DNA of 64,000 nt from Paramecium tetraurelia. Its lineage: Eukaryota. The notes under the pieces are model-generated. The model was given only the letters and a program-made list of their open reading frames with translations. It was not told where the DNA came from and ran no database searches. The position numbers were made by a program, and so were the translations under genes. The first letter of the stretch is position 1; every line of letters begins with the position of its first letter. This document shows, in pieces, positions 1 through 12,767 of this stretch. The stretch lies in assembly GCA_000165425.1 (NCBI GenBank), contig CT868207.1:496001-560000 (forward strand), given 5' to 3'.

Positions 1-288
1 CAAATTAACATAATTAAAATAACGACAATGGTAAAAAAAAACCGCGAAAAATAATTTAATGAGTAAGTGTTTATTTTATTCCAATTTAAAGAAACTCATA
101 TTGTTTACTACTCTCCTGTCTGTTAAAATACTTGTGAATCCAAAAAAATTGGATAAATATTTTATTAGATATTTTAGTATAATAATTATATTTCAGTCAT
201 CAAAATTTACAACTAAGTTTTAGTTAAAAAATTTTGTTAGTATTTAAGATGAGACAGAGCATGGAAATATTAATTAATTTGTTTGTAA

Positions 289-2705
289 ATGAATCAAAGA
301 ACACAAGAAATATAACTTAAAACTAACTATCATGAAATTAGCTTACTTGCAGGAAGACCAATCTATGAGTATGAATTAGAGATTATAAACTCAACTCCAG
401 AATTAATCCAAGCAGCTTTTAGATAATATAGACCATAAATTTTATAATTGTTAACGAACTATATGAGTATTGATAATAAAATCTACTCGCCTAAAATAAT
501 TGATGGAATTGAAAAAACAAGATCAAACCATTTGGGAACTTTACAAAATCAGGAAGAAGCTGAGTAAATAGTATCAATTAAGTTTATTAATCGATTAAGT
601 GAGAATCATATAAGCAAGAACTAAATAATAGCTAGATTAATAAAGTAAGTAGTGAGAAATCAATTCTAAATGGTTTCTATAGGAAAAACTGGGAGTAAAT
701 TATTTTGGAATTCAAAAACTATAAAATAATAAGAGAACAACTTAGAAGTATAATATGTTTATAGTTTTAGATTTGGCCAGGAGTCGAATGCATTTATTAA
801 CCAAGTGCCTTTTAAAATTTTAAGCCTAAACTAATAATCGATTGTGCATTTAAAATTCTAAGATACAGAACTGCCTTAGAGGAATTAGACTCATTAAAAC
901 CACATACTGAATTGATTATTGGTTAGATTGTGATGACGACCTATAATAAAAAATTTTACTAAATTTCTGGTTTAGAAATAGGAATGAATCCCAAATCAAC
1001 ATTTCAAAATTAAAATGGCGAAGCTATCACTTTTGAGAGTTATTATAGTACAAAGTATAATTAAAAAATCATTCCAAATTAACCTTTATTAAAAGCAATT
1101 GTGACTGGAAAAAAGGATGAAAGTCAAAAGGAGATATATTTAATTCCTTCTCTTTGCTAAATGACTGGGTTGACTGATGAAATGAGAAATGTAATTTGAT
1201 CATATAATTTTTAGAACTTCAATGCAATGAAAAAAATATCAGAAATAACTAAACCATCAGCTGACACTAGAATGAGAACTGCATAAGATTTTATTTAATA
1301 ACTTCAAGCCACAAAAATTATTAATAAAAAGGAAAATACCTCAAAGGAAGTTTTAAAAGAATGGGGATTAGAGATTAAAAAAGACTGCATTTAAGTCTAA
1401 GCTCAAAGGCTTGACCCTGGAAATATGTTGATGGGCAGAGATTTAAAATTAAATTTAAGAGATAGCAATACAAATTTAGAAAGACAAACACAAACTTAAA
1501 TGTTTTACACCCCTCCATAAAAACTGATTACAGGAATTATTTACAATTCAAAATTTGGCTAATAAAATTTAAAATCCTTTTTATAACATTTTAAATCGGC
1601 TTGTTAGGAATTTCAATTTGATGCGTTTTTAACACCAAAAGCCAAAGAGATGTAAAATGATAAAGAAGATGAATTGTCACGACAATTACGAGATCTTAAG
1701 TTGGAGGCTGATTAAAATTAATCACGAGTTAACTTTTTAATATTTTTGTTACCAGGTTAAAAGAAAAAGGCAAGGTTGTATAAGGCTTGTAAAGTAATCT
1801 CTATGGCTACTTTTGGTTGTGCATCTTAAGTAATTGTCGAAAAAACCTTATAAAGAAATACAAGATCAATTGTAAATAAGATTTTAATTTAATTAAATGC
1901 AAAGATTGGAGGAACTCCATGGGCATTGGATGGCATGCCAGATATGTTTACAAATTAACCTACAATGATTTGTGGAGTTGATATTTTTACAAAGGCTGGA
2001 AGAAAAAGTCAATTAGCCTTTTGCAGCACTATTAATAGACAATTTAGTAGGTATTACTCTTAAGTAATCACATCTGGAGAGTTTTGTTCACACTTATAAT
2101 TGTGCTTGAAGGCTGCCTTACTTGCATTCAAATAGGAATTATCAGTTTATCCAAAAAATGTGATTATATATAGGGATGGAGTAGGAGACGGCTAATAAGT
2201 AGCTGTATTAGGAACAGAGTTACCGCAATATAAACAAGCTTTAAAAGAGTTAGAATTAAAAGATGTGTCAATTACACTTGTAATATGTAACAAAAGAGTT
2301 TCTGCAAAATTTTACTCAGGAGGTTAAGGTAGAGCAGAAAATCCACCTCCCGGAACTGTCATAGATAATAAAATTATTACAAATGAAGAAGCCATAAAGT
2401 TTTATTTAATATCTCAATTAAGCAGATAAGGAACTGTAACCCCAACTCTTTATAAGGTTCTTTATTCAGATTTGCAGGGTATAAATATTAAATATAATTT
2501 AGGCATTGAATAAACTATTAAAATTTTGACTTTCAAATTGTGCTGGTTGTATTATAACTTTACCGGATCAATCAAAATACCAGCACCAGTTCGTTATGCA
2601 CATTGTCTCTGTAATTTTATTGGAGATAATTATGATGATAGGGATTAAATGAAATTCCTTCCGCAATCAGATTTAATTCATCAAAAAGTGCTATTTTATA
2701 TTTGA
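289..2705 (+). CDS. PIWI: Piwi-clade Argonaute (Ptiwi family), about 781 aa, 3 tiny introns (748-770, 1191-1214, 2479-2502)
   Basis: Ciliate-code translation gives PAZ-end [30 protein letters not shown], and PIWI motifs [61 protein letters not shown]. Spliced length is a multiple of 3. Confidence 0.96.
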
Positions 2706-3484
2706 TTTTTATATAATAATTTATTAATCAATGTTAAATATTTGAAAATGAACATGGATTTAAGGACAGAGATTTATTAAATAATATAGAATCTATTTAA
2801 TACTACATAATATAGGATTGTTAAGAGTGCACTATAAAAGGATACTTAGAGCAAGTAATTAATGATCATAAATTTTAATTGCTCATTTAAGAAAGTTCTA
2901 TTAAATGGAGACTAAAGAGTTTAAACATTTTGATTAAAGAAGTAATTTAATATAGATTCGAGTTTTAAGTTTTTAAAATAGCTTAAATCAATTGATGGCT
3001 AGATTCGAATTAATTAAGAATTCCTTATATAATCAAGAGAAATCAATTAAGGATAAGATTAATCATACTCATAAACTTATGATTTATGACGAAAATCTAC
3101 AAGGTTTTGATGGATTTAAATTATTATTATGGAATAGAGGATGGAATATATATCAATAAATTCCTATTCAGATACAATAGTAAATTTCAAAATCATTAAA
3201 TATAATCTTATTTGACGTTAATGCCTAAAATAAGAACTACAAAGAATTTAAAAATAAATTATGCATTCAAAGCTTATCAAGAAACGGACATATACTAAAG
3301 TATGAAACCTAGATTATTGTATTACGATATGAAAAAGAACATGCAAAAAATATAATAAGAATTGATATAGGTTTTAGTACACTGTAAGATTTACGATTCT
3401 GATTTTAATTGTTAAATAAAAATTAACTAAATATTGATCACTTTCATATATTTATTTTATTTAAATTACATTCAAGAGTAATTT

Positions 3485-4492
3485 ATGAGCCATAGAAGTC
3501 TTTCTATTGACTATTCTGAAAAACTGGATACTTTTGGGGATGGGTGTCTACCTGAAACCTAAGCAATGTCATCATTATTTTTGAATTACTTAAAGACTTA
3601 ATCAATAAGTGAATCAGATTCTTTAAGAAAGTCTAAAGAATTTTTGAAGAAGTTGTAGACTGCTTTTGTAATATTGAGTTGGTATGAGGCGATAGCCTTT
3701 TTTGGTTGCATTACAACTATGATTATCAGTTATGAATTCTAATTAGTATACATCGCAATAGGACTATTTATCAAATTATTCGCAATTATAAGATTAGCTA
3801 ATTCAGCAAGTAAACAAAAAAAGTATGTTGGATTGAAATCGTCAATCACAAGAAAAGTTTTCATACATTTTTTAAAATAGAATATTAATTTTGATCCTGA
3901 AAATAGAATTGAAATAAGATTAATTGATCAAATTATTGCTTCTAAACTGACTTTCAAGGTAATTCTTAAGGAATTTGTTAAATTTCATATAATAAGTGTA
4001 TTAATTATTTTATAGATAACAATAGGGATCTATGTTATTTATTTTTATTATATTCTTTCAGAATTTTAGGGTAACAAATATCTAATTTTCTCTGAATTTG
4101 CATTAATTACACTACCGCTTACGCTAACATTAATTGCATTGATCTCAATTTTGATATTTATAGGATTTAACTCGTTAATCAGCCTTATTCATTTGATAAT
4201 TAGAGCAATAATTAAAATATGTGTTTTTATTCCTCATGTTTTGAGATCTTTATTAAAGATATTTAGAATAAAATAGGAGAAACATTTTGTTTTGATGAAA
4301 TATATTCACAATTCATTAACATAGAAAGACACTTGTTCGATTTGTCTGTGTTCAATTTAAAATCAAGGTATTTTGTTACCGTGCAAACATTTATTTCACA
4401 TAAAATGCATTGAAAAGTGGTTTTTCGAAAATAATTCATGTCCTATTTGTAGATCAAAAATTACTAATTTAGACAAAAATCAAGAAGTATGA
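3485..4492 (+). CDS. Multi-pass membrane protein with C-terminal RING-H2 finger (putative E3 ubiquitin ligase), 335 aa
   Basis: Intronless ORF in the ciliate code. Several hydrophobic segments precede CSICLCSIQNQGILLPCKHLFHIKCIEKWFFENNSCPICR (C3H2C3). Confidence 0.88.
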
Positions 4493-4720
4493 AGGAAATA
4501 GTTTATGATGCTTATGATTAAAATAATATTTACTATATTAATTAATTTTTAATTATAATTTTAAAGTAAATAAAAGATAATTAAAATTTACAATGCTATT
4601 ATTTGTTCAAAATATGTCCAAATTATTATCAATTATTATTCATTCAATTAAACAATCTGAATAAATAGGTATAATATAAATATTAGAATGAATAAAAATT
4701 GATTTTTATGATAAAATTTG

Positions 4721-4725
4721 ATTGG
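4721..4725 (-). promoter_or_regulatory. Putative CCAAT box (ATTGG on +) upstream of histone H4
   Basis: GATTGGCT lies about 85 nt upstream of the H4 ATG. CCAAT elements are typical of histone promoters. Short motif, so chance occurrence is possible. Confidence 0.35.
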
Positions 4726-4809
4726 CTAATTTTTGCATCATTTGGATTTATATCCCATATACAACCTCCGCTTTTAAATTATATTAATATCAATTCAAAA
4801 TAAACAAAA

Positions 4810-5118
4810 ATGGCTGGAAAATCAGGAAAAGGAATCGGTAAAGTAAGTGCTAAGAGACATGCTAGAAAACCAAACAAAGCTTCAATTGAAGGAATCACAA
4901 AACCTGCTATCAGAAGATTAGCTAGAAGAGGAGGAGTCAAGAGAATTTCCTCATTCCTTTATGATGACTCAAGAAATGTTTTAAAGAGTTTCTTAGAGAA
5001 TGTTGTTAGAGATGCTATCACATACACTGAGCATGCTAGAAGAAAGACCGTCACTGTTATGGATGTTGTTTACTCTTTAAAGAGATAAGGAAGAACACTC
5101 TATGGATTCGGTGCATGA
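4810..5118 (+). CDS. H4: Histone H4, 102 aa, intronless
   Basis: [20 protein letters not shown]...[22 protein letters not shown] continues through TAA(=Q) to [12 protein letters not shown]. Confidence 0.99.
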
Positions 5119-5857
5119 GTTTTATTTTCATTCAGAATTAATTAATTCTATTCATATTTCCTCTTCCAATTGGTGCCCATATTTTTATTTCAATTTTAAT
5201 CTAAATTATTAAATTAAATAAAATACCTAAGAAGAAATTGAAAGAATTTATGAATTCCATATTATATCATAAGCTACTGAGCTCCTCCATTTCTATTGAA
5301 GTAGTAATCAAATAAATGAAATACTATACCTTTCCTAAAAAATTCTTATATAATTACAATAAAAAGGAATTATAAACTTTCCATATGTAGAATTAATATT
5401 TTTATATAATAATAATTTCATATATTATTATTACAATCTTCATTAAAGAATTATTTATTAAACCCAAATATTTAAAAGCTTGAAAACTATAAAATAACAT
5501 ATTTATCGAATTTTTCAATATTTTTATATATATTTGCTATAATATTTTTTCCTTTTTTAGAATATGGTATTTTATAATCAATATAGATATTAGATTAATA
5601 GTAATTTAATTTCAAACACTTTATAATTGAATCATTATCAATATAGCAACCTATTTTGAGACTATTCATATTAATTGTAATTATGTAATCTGTGTTGCAC
5701 AATAAAAAGTGATATTTTCAAAGAATTTAAGAACTTGAAGCTGATGGTTGTAGATTCGCTTTTGAATACTATGAAAATAAAGGTATTGCTTGAAATATAT
5801 TGTATGAAATTCGCGAAGAAAAAACAAAAATTAATTTTTAATTAAATCTTTTTCAAA

Positions 5858-6339
5858 ATGAAAACCCATGTCGAAGTTTCAAGTTAAAGAAGAAAGGGCA
5901 GAAGAGCCTAATTAGGAGCACCATCAAACCTCAGATATAAATTAATGAGCGCTCATCTTTCTAAAGATTTAAGAAAGAAATACAATGTTAGAGCATTGCC
6001 TGTTAGAAAGGATGATGAAGTCACTGTTGTTAGGGGTATAATTGTAAAATTGAGCATAGGCACACATAAGGGAACAAAGGGTAAAGTTTCATCAGTTTAC
6101 AGAAAGAGATGGGTTATTCAAATTGAGAAACTCACCAGAACCAAAGCCAATGGTATTTTAATAATGTTATTGTAGGAATGCCATACTAAATCCCAATCAG
6201 AGCATCATAATGCATCATCACAAAACCTTACCTCAATGAAGACAGAAAATAATTGTTAGCAAGAAAGGCATCAGCCAAAGTTTCAACTAAAGGAAAGGGT
6301 GAAAAACACACAACTGAAAGCACTAAGAAAGCTGATTGA
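5858..6339 (+). CDS. RPL26: 60S ribosomal protein L26 (uL24), 2 introns
   Basis: [31 protein letters not shown] and [17 protein letters not shown] match RPL26. GT-AG introns at 6036-6059 and about 6153-6175. Confidence 0.97.
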
Positions 6340-6423
6340 TTTATTAAAATATAGAAAAGTACATTAGAAATATTTTTTTTTTGTTTGCCACATATTTATT
6401 TATAAAAGTAATTTATTTATATG

Positions 6424-7666
6424 TCATTATTCATCCCATCTTCTACACTAAAATCCATTAAATTTTTTTAAATTTTCTAAATTGGGAAAGTGTTTCTCAA
6501 AGTTTTTAGCCAAATTCAAGATTTTTGCTGCAACTTCTACTAACTAATCTTGATCTACTTAAATAATTTAAGCAACATCCTTAATCTATGAAATAGATAA
6601 AATTATATACTTAACTATCAGCATTGAAAGTAGTTTCTAATTATTCGACTATTTTAAATGCAACAAAAATTAAAGCAGCAGCCAATAAAGTATAATTATT
6701 CTTGCCGCAAATCTCATAATCAAACAAAACCATTTTGGAAAGATACAAACATAGTTTTTTTAAATATTTGTAATTTTTCTCAAGTAATTTAGATTCAATA
6801 AAGCAATTAGTAAGTATTAGATTGTACAAGTCAAAAAGTGTTCCGCCAACTAGATCAAATCCAATAGTTTAGAGTATGTCACTCTCTTTCTTTTTAATTT
6901 GATCAGTTGTTAATTTTTTATGAGCTATTTTCTCATAAACAACAGATAATTTCATGGGATGAATTTCTTCGTATTTGGCAGCAATGAACATAGAAGTGAC
7001 ACCACATAAATGTAGATCAGACACTTCTAATTACTTTTCGCTTTTTGCAAAATAAAAATCCAAGGTTCTCACAGCTACGAAGAATGTTTAATCGGTGCAT
7101 TTATAAGAGCAGAGTACTTCCACCATCCAGTCAATCATTTTAGCTCTCAAATTGCTAGGAATTGAATGATTTTTCAAAAATTCTTATGGTGTTGACTTTT
7201 TCTACAATTATTTTATTAATAATTACTTCTTATTCTTTTAAATAGAAAAATATTTCATCTGTGTAACACTTTTACAGATTTTTATTTTCCTGAATAGTGT
7301 GATCGAATTTGGGTTTAATTGAGATATTCTACAATTCTTGAGGGAGAGTGTAGAGCTTGGTTGTGAGTCCCTTGTGTTGAGGCACATTCTCTTTGTCTTC
7401 CAACACATCTTGATTCAGGGATCTTTTAACTCTCTCTTAATTAAGCATTTTCCTTCTTAAGTCGTTGTTGCTACTAAGCATCGATTTGTTGATTTGTTGA
7501 GTGTCTTTGTTTTATACATAATGGATTTACCTTCATTATACAACATTGTCAAATTCCTTCTTACAGGGTCTCTGTTTTCTATATAGGTCTTGGTAATTCT
7601 TCTTAGAGGTTATTGCTATTGATTTTCAGGAACTCCGCTTAGAGATCTGTTGTATTTAATTTCCAT
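6424..7666 (-). CDS. A/B-type cyclin
   Basis: Cyclin box LRAKMIDWMVEV...TFFVAVRTLDFYF...LHLCGVTSMFIAAKYEEIHP...ESDILKTIGFDL. Confidence 0.93.
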
Positions 7667-7802
7667 TATTTATTCGTTAAAATAATTAACGTCGCGCAAA
7701 ATTAATTATAATATAAAATCCAGAAAACATAGGAAATAAAAATATTAATAAAATAATCCCTTTTCACTTTATTTTATAAAATAAAATTTACAAGTTCATA
7801 CA

Positions 7803-10186
7803 ATGAAATAAAACAATGGTCAAACCCCAAACAATGAAAACTTAAGAGTAGTTATAAGAGTCCGTCCACCGATGGCTAGAGAAATTCGGGATGGCAAATT
7901 CATCTCAACTGTGTAGGTTGCTCCGGATAATTTATAACTTTGCATATTTGACTATCATGCAATAGAACTTGTTCCTGATGAAGATTTAGAATAATATGTT
8001 TCAAATCCATCAAATTACACTCTCCATTAATTTACATTCGATTATGTCTATGATCAAGACAGCACTTAAGAATAAGTATATAATACCACAGCAGCATTAT
8101 CAGTAGATTCAACTTTGCAAGGATACAATTCAACTATAATTGCATACGGTCAAACTGGAACTGGTAAAACATACACAATGCATGGATTTAGTTTCAATCC
8201 TAATTCAGATTAATTAGGTATTATACCAAGATCTTTGCATAACATATTTAATCACATTTAAATGAAAAGTAATTCATCTACAACCTTTATGGTCCGAGCA
8301 TCATATTTACAGATCTATAATGAAAACATTAGTGATTTATTAAGAGATTCTGCATCTTTGAATATAAGAGAAGATAAAAAAAGAGGAGTTTTTGTTGAAA
8401 ACTTGTCAGAATGGGCAGTAAGAGGTCCAGCCGAAATCTATTAACTAATGCGTAAAGGTAATGCTAAAAGAGTAACAGCAAGTACAAGAATGAATGATAC
8501 AAGTTCAAGAAGTCATGCAGTTTTCATTATCACAGTTGAATAAATTGAAGAGAAACCTGAAGGAAAATCTGCAAAAGTTGGTAAATTGAATTTAGTAGAT
8601 TTGGCTGGCAGTGAAAGAGTCAGAGTAACTGGAGCTACAGGTCAAAGATTAGAAGAATCTAAAAAAATCAATTAATCATTGTCTGCTTTAGGAAATGTCA
8701 TTGCTGCTTTAACCGAAAATAGAGGTTCTAAACCTCATATTCCTTATAGAGATTCCAAAATAACAAGATTATTAGAAGATTCTCTGGGTGGAAACTGTAA
8801 AACTACATTTATGGCTATGATATCACCAGCAATAGATGCCTTTGGGGAATCCTTATCCACATTAAAATTTGCAAATAGAGCTAAAACAATTAAAAATACT
8901 CCAATTGTAAATTAGGATGGTGATTAAGGAGCCTTATTAAGAAAATATTAATAAGAAATTTAGAAATTGAAGTCAGAATTAGAGGAGAGATCAAAGTAGC
9001 CACTTGAAAATCTGGTTAATGAATTAGAAAAAGAAAAGCAAAAGGCTCTGGAAGATAAATAAGAAGCTCAATCTGCCTATGAATAGAGATCTAAAGATTT
9101 ATTTAAAGAAACAGAATTAAGAAAATAATTAGAAGAGAAGATTTCAGCATTAAATTCTCAAATGCTAGTAGGTGGATAAAAAATAGAAGAAACACCTCAA
9201 TTTTAAAGTGCCTTAGAGAAGTAATAAAGATTGATTAGATAGCAATACCAAGAAAAATTAACTGAATTAGAAAAGGAAAGGTAATCTATTGAAGAGGATA
9301 AAGCTTAAACAGACAAGTATAAGCAATTGTTGTTAAAATAAAGAGATATTATGATAGCATTAACTAATAGGTTAAATGATAGAGATGAAACTATTCTTCA
9401 ATTATAGGAAGAATTGGATGTTTATGAAAAATTATAAAAAGAAAATGAGGATTAGCTCCATTCATAATAAATTAGATTGGAATAATTTGAAGAATTATTT
9501 CTCGAAAACAAGATTGATATTCCTCTGGTGTTGTAAAATCAAAAATAATTTAACAAGGAAAAGGTTGTAGATATTTAGAATGATTTATAAATTTAGAAAT
9601 TGGAATCCATACCTGTATAGACATTGCATACTAATTAATAAGTCTAATCTGATGCTCTTATATCTTACGAACTTAAAAATTAGATTGAAATCAACAAATA
9701 AATCTAATTCGATTTAAAATTAACGAGAACTGAATTGGAGAGGAGTAAAAATGAAATAGAATAATTGAAGAAAAAATAAAATACAGAATAAGGCACTTTG
9801 ATTGAGAATGCAAGAAAATCTGTTGATAAAATACTGGAATTATTGACTTCTGAATAGAGTGAATAAAGTTTAGGGAATGTTGCTAAAGAATTGAATTAAT
9901 TATAGAGAATGTTAAAGTAGGGCATATAACCATCCAGAACTCATGTTAAAGGTCAATACTCTTTTAGTAAATCAACAAGTGACTCTCCAAATAAAATAAT
10001 GCTAATAAATAAATAGAATGATTCAATGGCCAAATCAACAGGATAATTAGTAAAATTAATGTAGATGAAACCACAACCTAAACAAAATCAGTCTCCTGTT
10101 TTAGGGTATTGCATCTATATTAATATTTTAGTTCTAAATTAAAATAAAAACAAAAGTCAGTGGAAGATCTCTGGAACTAAATTTGA
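7803..10186 (+). CDS. Kinesin, N-terminal motor plus coiled-coil tail
   Basis: RVVIRVRP, P-loop [10 protein letters not shown], switch I NDTSSRSH, switch [30 protein letters not shown]. One tiny intron near the 3' end. Confidence 0.96.
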
Positions 10187-10250
10187 GTTTTTAAACATAA
10201 AGTCTCTTGATATTATTTTAATGACAATATATATAAAATAGATAAGTTTA

Positions 10251-10853
10251 TCAAAAGGTTACTTTGATTTTTTCACAATCAATTTGTTCACAAATGGTCT
10301 TTAATGGATTTTGTTTGAATTTCTTATCAAATTCAGGTATATGTTGACCATTAATATTGATCCATGGAATTTCAACTAGATTTTATGCAAGTGTTATTTT
10401 TGCAGCTTTATGCTATAAGTAATTCCCGAATTTAGATTAAACGCATTTTAATGTCCTTTCATAAACACATTCTTAATTTTAAACACATTTTTTAAGGCTT
10501 AGATTGATTAATTCCTCATTATTTTATTTTTCTTGATGTATGCATGTTAAATAACGCAATTATTCAATCTGGTCTAATTATTCTAAAACACATGAATCTA
10601 TTAAATTTCCATAGCATTCTTTATTTCCATGCTAGCAGTTGAATTCATATCCTTTGTTTAACACTAATTTCTCATTTCCTTTTCCGAATGGAATAAAATT
10701 AAATTGAACATATTCGTTAATTTATTCATAATCAAGCAAGGTTTTCATCCTTTTAAATAATCTAACAGTATCTGGACACTAGCTTTCAATAAAGATATCA
10801 ATTTAAGTAGCACAATAAATAGGAAAAATTAAAGATAAAATAATTGAAAACAT
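10251..10853 (-). CDS. GILT-family lysosomal thiol reductase-like protein, 200 aa, with signal peptide
   Basis: Hydrophobic N-terminus, IFIESQCPDT active-site region and the GILT signature CQHGNKECYGNLIDSC. Confidence 0.88.
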
Positions 10854-10998
10854 TTATTTTATTAATAAAAATAACATACTTATTTTAATATAATTGAATT
10901 TTAAAGGCTTATGGTTTACAATAAATAAGAAATTTATGACAAGATAACGAAATAATAATAATTAAAACTGTTATCTATAGACATCTTAATTAAGTTTG

Positions 10999-11439
10999 TC
11001 ATAATATAAATGGCAAACCAATTCTGGTTATTGGTGTTAAAGCTAGTTGATGAACTTGATCAATATTCCACCATTTACAATCTAGTAACTCATTTTTACA
11101 TATATTGAATTCTTCCTTTAATATTTCTACTTCGCATCCAAAATAGAAATCTTATTTGCTCCATCTAGATGATGGCTATTAACCAAAAAAGATGATTGAT
11201 TTAAACTGGGAATTTACTCCTATCTCCTCCTAGATTTCTCTTTTTATCCCAGCTTGAATTGTTTCATTTTCTTAAAGTAACCCAGCAGGAAACGCCCAGG
11301 AATATCTAACTGGTCCATTTGCTTCTTAGACTAATAAGATTTGATTATTCTTCCTAATGATAGCACCTACGCCAATTGAGCATTTGTTTTAAGGTTATGT
11401 GAATGCAAGAGTAATAGTATCATGATTAGTTTCAAGCAT
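10999..11439 (-). CDS. Nudix hydrolase (NUDT6-like catalytic domain), 146 aa
   Basis: IGVGAII...ILLVQE...WAFPAG-LLQEN-E-TIQAGIK-REIQEEIGV matches the Nudix box GX5EX7REUXEEXGU. Confidence 0.88.
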
Positions 11440-11546
11440 TTAATAGCCTTATGAAATATATTTGGAAAGTAGGAATAATTAAGTTTTAGAGAGAATTATT
11501 TAATTATTCATAAATAAAAATATTACTTAAAAATTAGATGATAAAC

Positions 11547-12640
11547 TCATGCTAATCCCTTTTCCTTCATGACTTCCAACATGGTTTTGCCAATTTAAGC
11601 AGGTGATTTCACAACTCTGATACCTGCTTATTCAAGTGCTCTAATCTTTTCAGGTGCACTTCCCTTGCCCTCTATTAAATCAATAAATGATAAATTTACT
11701 TGACACAATAGCTCCTGCATGTCCCATTCTTCTTTCAGGTGGTGCTGTGATACCAGCAATAAATCCAACAACTGGTTTATTTTTAGGATTATTTTTCTTA
11801 ATCCAATCAGCAGCCATTTCCTCATTCTCTCCACCGATTTCTCCGATCATAACAATACCTTAATGAATATATTGAGATTAGATACCTTCTGTTTCTGGAT
11901 CAACCATGAATCTCTCCAAAACATCAATAAAGTTAGTTCCATTGAAAGGGTCTCCACCAATACCAACGACTGTTGATTGTCCTAAACCAGCTCTTGTAGT
12001 TTGATCGACAGCCTCATATGTAAGAGTACCAGATCTAGAGACAATACCAATTTTTCCATTTTGATGAATGTATCCTGGCATGATACCAATTTTACATTCA
12101 TTTGGCTTGATAATTCCTGGGCAATTTGGCTATAATAGTTTATGAATTTAATACTCCGATAACACGTGTTACTGATTAGGATCTTAGAGCATGCTTAACT
12201 TTAATCATATCATGTTAAGGAATTCCATCAGTGATGACAACCTTTTCATTTTAATAAAGTATGATACCACTAAGCCAATTTATGCCTCGATGGCTTCAAT
12301 AATGGCTGAAGCAGCTGTGGGAGGAGGCACATAGATTACAGATGCATCACATCCTGTGGCTGATTTGGCTTCTTTGCAATCCTTGAAAACAGGCAAGCCA
12401 AGGTGTGTACTTCCAGCCTCTAAATTTATAGAATTGACGCTTACTCTTAGGTGAAACTCCACCAACCATTTTTGTAAAGTAGTTCAATGCTTATTCAGTT
12501 TAGAATGTGCCCTAGTTTAAGATTAGACTGTATACCTAATTACCAGTGATACCTTAGCATATCACTTTGGTATGCTTATTGACCCACACATATGGAGCTG
12601 TGGTTGATGAAAATGCACGAAAGATTTATCTGCCAATCAT
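11547..12640 (-). CDS. SUCLG1: Succinyl-CoA ligase alpha subunit, mitochondrial, several tiny introns
   Basis: [53 protein letters not shown] and the phospho-His motif RMGHAGA. Confidence 0.97.
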
Positions 12641-12767
12641 TTATTTTATTTAATCTATATATATATATATTGAATATTATTTAAAAAAATTACATAGCAT
12701 TTATTAACTAAAATTTAGTGAACCATAAAAAGATGACTAAAAGCTCTGTTCCATCATTTATTAAAAT

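Noticed and set aside
2731..3450. Possible gene between Piwi and the RING gene
   Set aside because: No consistent exon model or recognisable motif on either strand.
11628..11976. Extra ORFs overlapping succinyl-CoA ligase
   Set aside because: They are off-frame or antisense readings of a well-supported gene.
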